Assembly: GCA_022545455.1 (NCBI GenBank)
Contig: JACZQZ010000001.1
Location: forward strand, 29,907-83,857
Source: Pseudomonadota bacterium
GTDB taxonomy: Bacteria; Pseudomonadota; Alphaproteobacteria; Rhodospirillales; 2-02-FULL-58-16
Direction: 5' to 3'
DNA length: 53,951 bases
Position 1 is the stretch's first letter. Each line of letters begins with the position of its first letter. The notes below the pieces were generated by a model. That model searched no databases. It saw only the letters and a program-made list of their open reading frames with translations, and was not told the DNA's origin. The translations under genes and the position numbers were made by a program. Below, piece after piece: positions 1-7,104 of this stretch.

Positions 1-143
1 TACGGTGTCGGGGGGACACCCCCCGGTGGCCCCCCGGGGCGTCGGGAAGGCTTGCCGATGGGCCGCCATCGCCCGCGCCTCCCCTCCTGCCGAGGAAACG
101 GGAAAAGCGATCGTATGAGTGCAATTTAGCTGATAAAGGCCAC
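1..143. repeat. Partial copy (right arm, cut by the window edge) of a ~330-bp GC-rich palindromic element; complete copy at 36501-36828
   Basis: Bases 1-143 align base-for-base with few mismatches to 36683-36828, from ...cggggggacaccccccgg... to ...gcgatcgta..gtgca.tttagctgata.aggcc. It ends 16 bp from the cobB stop codon. Confidence 0.8.
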
Positions 144-159
144 TCAGGCCGGCCCCCGG

Positions 160-885
160 CTACCACCCCTGTTCGAGGATCCTGTCCACATAGGCCGGCA
201 CCACTTCCGTCGCCGGGCCGTAGACGGCCTCGGCGAACAGGCTGGCGCCCACCGACGGCTCCAGGTTGAGCTCCACCGTGTGGGCGTCGCCGGACAGGCC
301 GACGTGCTCGACGAAGCCGGCCGCCGGATAGACGTTGCCCGACGTGCCCACGGACATGAACAGCGCGCACGCCGACAGCGCATCGTAAATGCGCTCCATC
401 TCCATCGGCATCTCGCCGAACCACACCACGTGGGGCCTCAGCGTTCCCGTGGCCGCGCAGGCCGCGCAGGCGTCCCCGACGCCGAGGTCCGAGGTCCCCG
501 GGAAAACATGGGCGCACGCGGCGCAGCGCACCTTCAGCAGCTCGCCGTGCATGTGCACCAGGTTGCGGCTGCCCGCCCTCTCATGCAGGTCGTCGATGTT
601 CTGGGTCACCACCAGCACCCGGCCCGGCCATTCGCCGGCGAGGCGCGCCAGCGCCTCGTGGGCGGCGTTGGGGTGCACGGCGCCGCCGGCCAGCCTGCTG
701 CGCCGGGCGTTGTAAAACGCGTGCACGGCCACCGGATCGCGGGCGAAGGCCTCGGGCGTGGCCACGTCCTCGACGCGCACCTTGGCCCAGATGCCGTCGG
801 CGTCGCGGAAGGTGTCGAGGCCGGACTCCTTCGAAATGCCGGCGCCCGTGAGGACGACGATGTGCCGCTCGGATGTCGCGCTCAT
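160..885 (-). CDS. cobB: NAD-dependent protein deacylase, Sir2/CobB family
   Basis: 241-aa ORF with GAGISKESG, TQNIDDLHERAG and HG motifs and two CxxC pairs (CAACAH...CAACAATG) for the Zn site. Confidence 0.9.
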   Translation of the reverse strand: MSATSERHIVVLTGAGISKESGLDTFRDADGIWAKVRVEDVATPEAFARDPVAVHAFYNARRSRLAGGAVHPNAAHEALARLAGEWPGRVLVVTQNIDDLHERAGSRNLVHMHGELLKVRCAACAHVFPGTSDLGVGDACAACAATGTLRPHVVWFGEMPMEMERIYDALSACALFMSVGTSGNVYPAAGFVEHVGLSGDAHTVELNLEPSVGASLFAEAVYGPATEVVPAYVDRILEQGW

Positions 886-958
886 TGAGGCCCTTGCCCG
901 TGGCGTGTAGGGTCATGATAATCCACCCCGGCTTCGGAAAACCACGGAGAAGTCCCCA

Positions 959-1432
959 TTGGTCAACGTGATGTTCGTGTGCCTGGGCAACATCTGCCGT
1001 TCGCCCACCGCCGAGGGCGTGTTCCGGGCGCTGGTCGAGCGCGAGGGCTTAAGCGAGGCCATCGGCGTCGATTCCGCGGGCCTCGGCGACTGGCACGTGG
1101 GCGATGCGCCCGACCCCAGGGCCCAGGCCGCGGCCCGGCGGCGCGGCATCAGCCTGAGCGGACAACGGGCCCGCACGATCAGGCGCGAGGACTTCACGGC
1201 CTTCGACTACGTGCTGGCCATGGACACCAGGAACCACGCCGATCTGTCGCGCATGTGCCCGCCCGGCGAGGAGCACCGGCTCGGCCTGTTCTTGGATTTC
1301 GCGCCGGACGCGGGACGGCGCGACGTGCCCGACCCCTATTACGGAGACGCCCACGGGTTCGACCTGGTGCTGGACCTGGCCGAGAAGGCGGCGCAAGGGC
1401 TGCTCGCCCACATCCGCGAGAACCACTTGTGA
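959..1432 (+). CDS. Low-molecular-weight protein-tyrosine phosphatase
   Basis: P-loop VCLGNICRSP near the N-terminus and a DPYY motif. TTG start at 959 is preceded by GGAGAA; ATG at 971 is an alternative. Confidence 0.9.
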   Translation: MVNVMFVCLGNICRSPTAEGVFRALVEREGLSEAIGVDSAGLGDWHVGDAPDPRAQAAARRRGISLSGQRARTIRREDFTAFDYVLAMDTRNHADLSRMCPPGEEHRLGLFLDFAPDAGRRDVPDPYYGDAHGFDLVLDLAEKAAQGLLAHIRENHL

Positions 1433-1481
1433 CCAGGGACCGGCTACGCCGGGTGGTGTTGCACCCGCGAAGGGGAACCGT

Positions 1482-1575
1482 GGCCCCCGGTGGGGCCGCG
1501 TAAGTCCCCCGAGCCGCCGCTTTTCTTTAGGGCCGTAGGCCCTAAGCCTGAGGGGTGCGGGGCCGTCGGCCCCGC
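1482..1575. repeat. Three consecutive GC-rich hairpins (REP-like, possible terminators)
   Basis: GGCCCC-cggt-GGGGCC (1482-1497), TTAGGGCC-gta-GGCCCTAA (1527-1545) and GCGGGGCC-gtc-GGCCCCGC (1557-1575). All share a GGCC-GNN-GGCC core. Confidence 0.7.
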
Positions 1576-1675
1576 GAGAGCCCGCGCGGCAGCGCTCGGC
1601 GCAAGCCGCTTCCGGTGCCACGACAAAGCGTATCCGGGATTTTTGATCCAACCGATGGCAAGGCACTGAAATCCC

Positions 1676-2530
1676 ATGGACCGCGACATCGCCGAGACCA
1701 TCGCCCGCCTCGCCGGCTCGCGCCCGGTCCGCTTTTCCCCCCTCGGCGGGGGCTGCATCGGCGAGGTCCACCGGGTCGGCCTGGAGAACGGCGAGGCCCT
1801 GGTCGCCAAGACCGGCGGCGCCGGCAGCGGCCTCGCCCTGGAAGGGTTCATGCTGCGCTACCTGGCGGACCACAGCACGCTCCCGGTGCCCACGGTCGTG
1901 CACGCCGACGACCGGCTGTTGCTGATGACCTTCATCGAGACCCGGGGCGGCCTGACGGCGGACGCGCAAATCCACGCCGCGGACCTGCTCGCCGACCTGC
2001 ACGGGGTTGGCGCGGAGGCCTTCGGCTTCGAGCGGGACACGGTGATCGGGGGCCTGCACCAGCCCAACCCGCGCAGCGAAAGCTGGATCGCCTTCTTCCG
2101 CGACCACCGCCTGCTCCACATGGGGCGCCAGGCGCTGGACGCCGGGCGCCTGCCCGGGCCCCTGATGACCCGCCTGGAGGCGCTCGCCGGCCGCCTGGAG
2201 ACCTGGCTGGACGACGGTGCCAAGCCGTCCCTCGTTCACGGAGACATGTGGACCGGCAACGTCCTGTGCCGGGACGGGCGCATCGCCGGTTTCGTCGACC
2301 CGGCCGTCTATCACGCCGATGCCGAGATCGAGCTCGCCTTCGGCACCCTGTTCGGCACCTTCGGCGAGCCCTTCTTCGAGCGCTACCGGGAGCGCGCGCC
2401 GCTTAAGCCCGGGTTCTTCGAAGACCGCCGCGATCTCTACAACCTGTATCCGCTGCTTGTGCACGTGCGCCTGTTCGGCGGCTCCTACGTGGCCTCGGTG
2501 GAGCGCACCCTGGCCCGCTTCGGGGTCTAG
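1676..2530 (+). CDS. Fructosamine kinase family protein
   Basis: 284 aa with a kinase-like fold signature, catalytic VHGDMWTGNV and a C-terminal YNLYPLLVH motif typical of fructosamine-3-kinase homologues. Confidence 0.85.
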   Translation: MDRDIAETIARLAGSRPVRFSPLGGGCIGEVHRVGLENGEALVAKTGGAGSGLALEGFMLRYLADHSTLPVPTVVHADDRLLLMTFIETRGGLTADAQIHAADLLADLHGVGAEAFGFERDTVIGGLHQPNPRSESWIAFFRDHRLLHMGRQALDAGRLPGPLMTRLEALAGRLETWLDDGAKPSLVHGDMWTGNVLCRDGRIAGFVDPAVYHADAEIELAFGTLFGTFGEPFFERYRERAPLKPGFFEDRRDLYNLYPLLVHVRLFGGSYVASVERTLARFGV

Positions 2531-2558
2531 CACGCCACGGCGGACGCGTCCGGTGGCC

Positions 2559-2622
2559 TGTACTCATAAAGGGATTTCAGGGTTGAGCGGCAGATGTCCG
2601 CTCATAGCCATAAGCGGACATC
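2559..2622 (+). repeat. Left boundary repeat module of the low-GC island
   Basis: TGTACTCATAAA (2559-2570) is followed by a perfect hairpin GATGTCCGCT-catagccata-AGCGGACATC (2593-2622). The same module occurs in inverted orientation at 6919-7030. Confidence 0.75.
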
Positions 2623-2671
2623 CGAGTTTGTCTGAGTGGTCAAATCTGGCCCGATTTTCCTTGTTCCAAAA

Positions 2672-2843
2672 ACCAGTGAGGCTGTTGAAAAACTATTTGG
2701 AGCCCTGAAATTGCGCCCTTTCGGGAACGAACGAAAATTCGACTCCAATAAAATCAATAGCTTAGGAATTCAGCACTTTGGCAATGCTCGCCGATTTCGG
2801 CTGAAAACGGGTTTTTCAGGAGTTTTTCAACAGCCTCCAGTGA
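2672..2843. repeat. Inverted-repeat pair in a non-coding AT-richer segment (MITE-like or structured RNA)
   Basis: GAGGCTGTTGAAAAACT (2677-2693) is perfectly complementary to AGTTTTTCAACAGCCTC (2823-2839). Flanking bases extend the pairing imperfectly. Confidence 0.6.
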
Positions 2844-3074
2844 TTTTCGTACCCTCCAAGCACACCGCTGAAAGCGCCTCGCAGGCGGCTTTCGCCATCT
2901 GGGCGTGGCAACAAGACCGTCTGGGAACTCCAATAATTTTGAATTTCCAACGTGCGCCGCTCCAATAACCCATACGCGAGGCTCTCACCACGACCGGCGG
3001 TCACCAATCATGGCGGCGCCGATTTGTGCTGGCGTGGCGGCAGCCTGCCCCTTGGTTTGGAAAATATCGAATGA

Positions 3075-3392
3075 ATGGAGCGTATTATGGTTCGATATCT
3101 GACCGCCGTTTTTAGCGCTCTGCTCATTGGTTGGAGCGTTTTTCCATCGGCCGCGCAAGCACAAACCGTCTGCGGCGAGCGCAAGGCGATTGTGGCGAGC
3201 CTGGAAAAGACCTATTCCGAGGCGCCCGTCTCCATGGGCCTTGGGAGCAACGGCGCCATTATCGAGGTCTTCGCCTCGCCGTTCCGCACCTTCACCATCG
3301 TCCTGACGCGGCCGAATGGTCTCAGCTGCGTGATGGCGGCGGGCGAGAACTGGGAAGATCTGCCGAAGCGGCTGGCCGGCGCCAAGATCTGA
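3075..3392 (+). CDS. Small secreted hypothetical protein
   Basis: 105-aa ORF with a signal peptide (...LLIGWSVFPSAAQA/QT) and two Cys. GGAG lies 8 nt before an alternative ATG at 3087. No family recognised. Confidence 0.55.
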   Translation: MERIMVRYLTAVFSALLIGWSVFPSAAQAQTVCGERKAIVASLEKTYSEAPVSMGLGSNGAIIEVFASPFRTFTIVLTRPNGLSCVMAAGENWEDLPKRLAGAKI

Positions 3393-3729
3393 TCGCCGTT
3401 CCGCGGCCAACCTGGACTCACGCCTGATACTCGCGGTGTCGGACCAGCATCACCGGATTAGAAATCAGCCGCTAAGACGCGGACGGCAACGTGGTCTTGA
3501 ACCTGGGCAACGGCTCCACGGTGACGCTCCCCACGGCGGACTGACCCACACCACCCGTACACCACGAGAGATCGCCGGGTGCCAAGGCCGGCGTTGATAC
3601 CCCCCCTCGCTCTCACCACGTCCAACCACAGGCCCATCCTGGTCCCTCTGCGGAGTCCGGGGACGGAGAACCCGTGCGTCTTGGCGTTGAGAGCGAGGGG
3701 GGCCACCCTCCTGATCGGAAGGAACCGAC

Positions 3730-4215
3730 TTGTCTTCTACAAAGCTGCTCGCCCAATCGGGCCTGCTCTCCACCATCTTAGTCACGCCGGTCATCCAGGC
3801 GTCCCCGGACTATTCCACTGGAGACCTGGTCGGCGGCAAGCTCGAGCTTCTGAACGCCGTGAAGTTCTCGGGCGGGGGTGGACGGATCCAGTCCGTCATC
3901 ATCACCGACAAGGCGAAGGTCAGCGTCAACAAGGACGTGATCTTCTTCACGGCGGACCCGGAGAACACCACGTTCACCGAGAACGGGGCGCTCACCGTCG
4001 ATGACGACGACCTGACCAAGATCATCGGTGTCGCACAGATCACCACTTGGGCCACCGTCGCCAACAACGGGATGGGCTCCGCCCTAGACCTCGCCATGCC
4101 CTTCGTCCTACCCTCCGACAAGACCTCCCTGTTCTGCGCCATCGTGGAGCGAGGCACTACCGACTACGTCAGCACCGCCGATCTGACGCTCAAGGTTGGA
4201 ATTATGGCCGCGTGA
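3730..4215 (+). CDS. Hypothetical protein (orphan, beta-rich)
   Basis: 161-aa ORF with a TTG start preceded by GGAAGGAA and coding-like composition. No motif I can assign. Lies in the low-GC island. Confidence 0.5.
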   Translation: MSSTKLLAQSGLLSTILVTPVIQASPDYSTGDLVGGKLELLNAVKFSGGGGRIQSVIITDKAKVSVNKDVIFFTADPENTTFTENGALTVDDDDLTKIIGVAQITTWATVANNGMGSALDLAMPFVLPSDKTSLFCAIVERGTTDYVSTADLTLKVGIMAA

Positions 4216-4469
4216 TCCTCGTGTATGTGTGAGACGGAGAACCTGTACGACCAGGTCATGGACTCATTAACCGGTGTTGCGAGTGGCGATGTCCGCTCAC
4301 AGGTCCACACCGGTCAACCGTTACGTACTCGGCGAACTACCACTTTTGACCCATTGACCTCGCCGGAATGATTGCCGACGCTGTATCCGGAACTTCGCGT
4401 TTGTATCTTCCGAGTAATTGGTCGGGAAGGCCGTCCTTTTCACCCAATTGCCTGTAGAGACAGTGTGAA

Positions 4470-4730
4470 GTGTATCGCCTCTACGGAAGCGATTGGGCCA
4501 AAAATTGGAAAGGGACGAGCATACCGACCGGAACCGTGAAGTGGTTCAAGGTCGTTCAGCGGTACGGATCCATAGCACCCGACGACGGTTCGAGGGACGC
4601 CTTCGTTCATATCTCTTCGGTCGAGCGGGCCGGGTTCACCGAACTCCGCGAAGGACAAAAGGTGGAGTACAAGTTGGTCCCCGGACGCAACGGACGCAAA
4701 GCCGCCGACAATCTGAAACTACTTGACTGA
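4470..4730 (+). CDS. Cold-shock domain protein, divergent and possibly decaying
   Basis: CSD core is TGTVKWF...DAFVHISSVERAG...GQKVEYKL. The canonical start position (4521-4523, after GGAAAGGGA) reads ATA, not ATG. The RNP1 motif KGYGFI reads QRYGSI. The only in-frame start is GTG 4470. Confidence 0.6.
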   Translation: MYRLYGSDWAKNWKGTSIPTGTVKWFKVVQRYGSIAPDDGSRDAFVHISSVERAGFTELREGQKVEYKLVPGRNGRKAADNLKLLD

Positions 4731-4804
4731 CCACGGCGCAAGAAGCACTGCACGAGAGTTCAGGCGCCGCGATCCGGTCTGCTCGTTTCTACGAGGAGAC
4801 CTTC

Positions 4805-5164
4805 ATGATGTCCATCTACCAACGATACGCCGGCATAGCGACGTTCGTCGGCTTTTGCATGCTGTTTGCCGCACAGGTCGCTGCACAACCCGAGATTTCC
4901 GACGCAAAGCTGCAAGCGTTCGGGCAAGCCGCAATCCAGGTCGAGAAAACCATCGCTTTTTTTATGCCACAGATTAACGCGGCGAAGACCGAGGACGAGG
5001 CGAAGGGTCTCGTTGACAAGGCGAACAGCGTAAACGAAGCGGCCATCGTCAACACGGAAGGCGTCACGCTGGAGGAGTACCGCCAGATCAACGACGCGCT
5101 GCGGACCGATGTTGTTCTGCTGGCCCGGGTGCGCAAGATTATTGACTCAATGTCGCGCCAGTAA
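4805..5164 (+). CDS. DUF4168-like periplasmic protein
   Basis: 119 aa with a signal peptide (...LFAAQVAAQP), then ISDAKLQAFGQAAIQVEKI and a second helical repeat, as in DUF4168. GAGGAG lies upstream of the ATG. Confidence 0.7.
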   Translation: MMSIYQRYAGIATFVGFCMLFAAQVAAQPEISDAKLQAFGQAAIQVEKTIAFFMPQINAAKTEDEAKGLVDKANSVNEAAIVNTEGVTLEEYRQINDALRTDVVLLARVRKIIDSMSRQ

Positions 5165-5210
5165 CCTCCGATTCCATTTTCTTCGCGGGCCTTCAACTTA
5201 GGAGGTTCTC

Positions 5211-5297
5211 ATGACCAATCCCAGTCACGGCGACACGGTGACAGTGCATTTAACCCTCCGTCTCGCTACCGGTTCCAATGTCCGTTCCTGGCTATGA
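5211..5297 (+). pseudogene. N-terminal fragment of an FKBP-type peptidyl-prolyl isomerase, truncated by a hairpin repeat
   Basis: A perfect AGGAGG sits 6 nt before the ATG. The 28 codons MTNPSHGDTVTVHLTLRLATGSNV... resemble the GDxVxVHYxGxLxDG start of FKBP/SlyD. The frame stops inside the repeat at 5277-5306. Confidence 0.45.
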
Positions 5298-5390
5298 GCG
5301 GACGTTCTGAGGGCCGTTGATCTTCGTCCGCTTCACCCTTGAAAGCAGACATACCGAGACCCAATGTCCGCTCCTGAGGCTATAGCGGAC
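5277..5390. repeat. Cluster of three GTCCGC...GCGGAC hairpin repeats
   Basis: Three hairpins at 5277-5306, 5326-5350 and 5363-5390, with stem GTCCG(C/T)T / AGC(G/A)GAC and 9-11-nt loops. Same family as 2593-2622 and 6919-6946. Confidence 0.7.
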
Positions 5391-5508
5391 CATTTGCAGT
5401 CGGGTGATCGACGTCGGCTTGTGACCCTCTGCAGACATTCATCGCGTCGAGCACCCGACAGCATCTTCATGGTACTGTGTCGCCTCGATCGACTGTTGAG
5501 TTGGGTGA

Positions 5509-5634
5509 ATTACGGTAAACGTCGAAGGCTGGTTGAAGGATCTTGGGCTGGAGCAATACGCCGAGGCGTTTGCCGAGATCGACGTCGACGGCGACACACT
5601 AACCGGGGGGAGCCATCTGGGGAATCCCGGCTAA
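5509..5634 (+). pseudogene. Fragment of a SAM (sterile alpha motif) domain gene
   Basis: The frame reads ITVNVEGWLKDLGLEQYAEAFAEIDVDGDTLTG... then stop, with no start codon. WLxxLGLEQYxxxFxxxxID is the usual N-terminus of SAM-domain adenylate cyclase/ATPase proteins of alphaproteobacteria. Confidence 0.4.
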
Positions 5635-5744
5635 GGGTTGCTTGGGGAAAGGCCTGATCCGCGTGTAGCAATCTTTTGGGCGGAGGGTGCTGGAGCATGT
5701 ATTGCGTTTCTGGGACCGGCCATTGATCAGGGAGCTTATCCCAC

Positions 5745-6527
5745 GTGTTCTTTCCCTATCGAGACGACAACCCACGCCACCACGGGCCACCGCTGGCAAC
5801 GCTCGCCATCATCGGCATCTGCACGGCGGTTTATCTGCTGGTGCAACTCCCGCTGGGACCGCATGAAGGCCAAGCCTATGCGCTGAGCTTCGGCTTCATT
5901 CCAGCTGTGTTTTTCGGACAGACCGAGTTGGTCAGCGACCTGGCGCGGGTCCCCTCTACGGCCACGCTGGTCACCAGTATGTTCTCGCACGGCGGGTTGA
6001 TGCATCTAGTGGGCAACATGTGGTTCCTCTGGCTTTACGGCGACAACGTCGAGGACGCCATGGGGCGGTTCCGCTATCTGCTCTTCTACTTGATATGCGG
6101 CGTTGTTGGCACGCTCGCCCATGCGGCGGTGGATCCAGCCAGCCGGGTGCCCCTGGTCGGCGCCTCCGGTGCGATCAGCGGCGTGATCGCTGCCTATCTC
6201 CTGATCTGGCCCCGCGCCAACATCCGCGTCTTCTATTGGTTGTTCATCTTCGTCGGCACGATCAATGTGCCCGCCTTCCTGGTGCTCGGCTTTTGGATCG
6301 TCGAGCAGTTGTTTGCCCTGCCGGCGGCGATGCAGGCCCAGGGTGGCATCGCCATCGTTGCCCATCTGGGCGGCTTCGCCGCCGGGCTTGCCCTGACGCC
6401 GTTTTTGAAACGGCGCGGCGTCACGCTGTTTCAGTTGCCGCACAGCGCCGCATTCGCCCGCAATCGGGCCCGAGCCATCTGGCGCCGCGGCGGGTCGGCG
6501 CACGAGGTGCGACGAAAGCGAGACTGA
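5745..6527 (+). CDS. Rhomboid family intramembrane serine protease
   Basis: 260 aa, multi-TM. Motifs: HGGLMHLVGNMWFLW (HxxxN), catalytic GASGAISG and AHLGGFAAG. GTG start preceded by GGGAG. Confidence 0.85.
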   Translation: MFFPYRDDNPRHHGPPLATLAIIGICTAVYLLVQLPLGPHEGQAYALSFGFIPAVFFGQTELVSDLARVPSTATLVTSMFSHGGLMHLVGNMWFLWLYGDNVEDAMGRFRYLLFYLICGVVGTLAHAAVDPASRVPLVGASGAISGVIAAYLLIWPRANIRVFYWLFIFVGTINVPAFLVLGFWIVEQLFALPAAMQAQGGIAIVAHLGGFAAGLALTPFLKRRGVTLFQLPHSAAFARNRARAIWRRGGSAHEVRRKRD

Positions 6528-6574
6528 GCCGGCATCGTCAAACCGTCGCCACAATTACCGACAAGGGTCGGGGC

Positions 6575-6766
6575 ATGATCGCGTCGAGGGACGTTTACGA
6601 CGTTGCCCGTTACATCCTGGACCGGCACGGACCCCAAGCCTGCCGATACGTTGCCGAATGCGTAGAATCCTGCGCCCAGGACGCCGAACTTCAGCTTTTC
6701 TACGGGGCCGTCGCCCGCGCCGTCGATGATCTCGCATCAGCGACCCCGCCGGGAGTTCCGCACTAG
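6575..6766 (+). CDS. Small hypothetical protein (63 aa)
   Basis: ATG 6575 is preceded by AAGGGTCGGGG and the composition is coding-like. No motif recognised. Confidence 0.3.
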   Translation: MIASRDVYDVARYILDRHGPQACRYVAECVESCAQDAELQLFYGAVARAVDDLASATPPGVPH

Positions 6767-6918
6767 CCGTTATTCCTACCGCTATAAAAGATGAAGCGAT
6801 TCCACGGGTCTGACCTGCCCCCACGAACGATACCACTTTTTAAGTTAGACCGGACACCGATGGAGGGAAGGGCCGATACGGCTGTAGCCTCCATGTCGCG
6901 GAGGCCGGATCGGAAAGG

Positions 6919-7030
6919 TCCGGTTATGGCTATGAGCGGACATCCAGCGCGGGTCTACCGAACGTCCGGTGTTGGCGTAGAAGCCGACATCGGCGCGCCG
7001 CCGCCGACCAAACTCTCGTTTATGAGTACA
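6919..7030 (-). repeat. Right boundary repeat module of the low-GC island (inverted relative to 2559-2622)
   Basis: The reverse complement reads TGTACTCATAAA (7030-7019), then an extra hairpin (6992-6963), then GGATGTCCGCTCATAGCCATAACCGGAC (6946-6919). Confidence 0.75.
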
Positions 7031-7075
7031 CGACCTAACCGGGTTCCAAGGGCCGCCGGCCCTTGGTCGGGATCA

Positions 7076-7094
7076 AAAGGGGCAACGCCCCTTT
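7076..7094 (-). terminator. Rho-independent terminator of the E1-like gene
   Basis: On the minus strand AAAGGGGC-gtt-GCCCCTTT is followed by TTG, 10 nt after the stop codon. A second hairpin, CCAAGGGCC-gcc-GGCCCTTGG, lies at 7046-7066. Confidence 0.7.
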
Positions 7095-7104
7095 AATTAA
7101 GGTG

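Noticed and set aside
1049-2533. Very long ORFs antisense or out of frame to recognised genes. Examples: 1049..2533(-), 7231..9552(+), 9586..10701(-), 12167..14188(-), 14545..15729(+), 20367..21956(+), 23141..24937(+), 27701..29191(-), 43511..45214(-), 48876..50807(-), 52644..53915(-).
   Set aside because: Their translations are Arg/Pro/Gly/Ala-rich low-complexity strings without motifs. Each overlaps a gene with clear family signatures on the other strand or frame. These are the shadow ORFs expected in high-GC DNA.
2636-2968. 110-aa plus-strand ORF and 6791..7096 101-aa ORF inside the island edges.
   Set aside because: Both run straight through inverted or hairpin repeats, lack SD sequences and motifs, and have non-coding-like composition.
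3480-3543. Short frame DADGNVVLNLGNGSTVTLPTAD-stop resembling the C-terminal tail of RTX/calcium-binding proteins.
   Set aside because: It is only ~22 codons, preceded by an in-frame stop. The similarity is too short and generic to support a pseudogene call.
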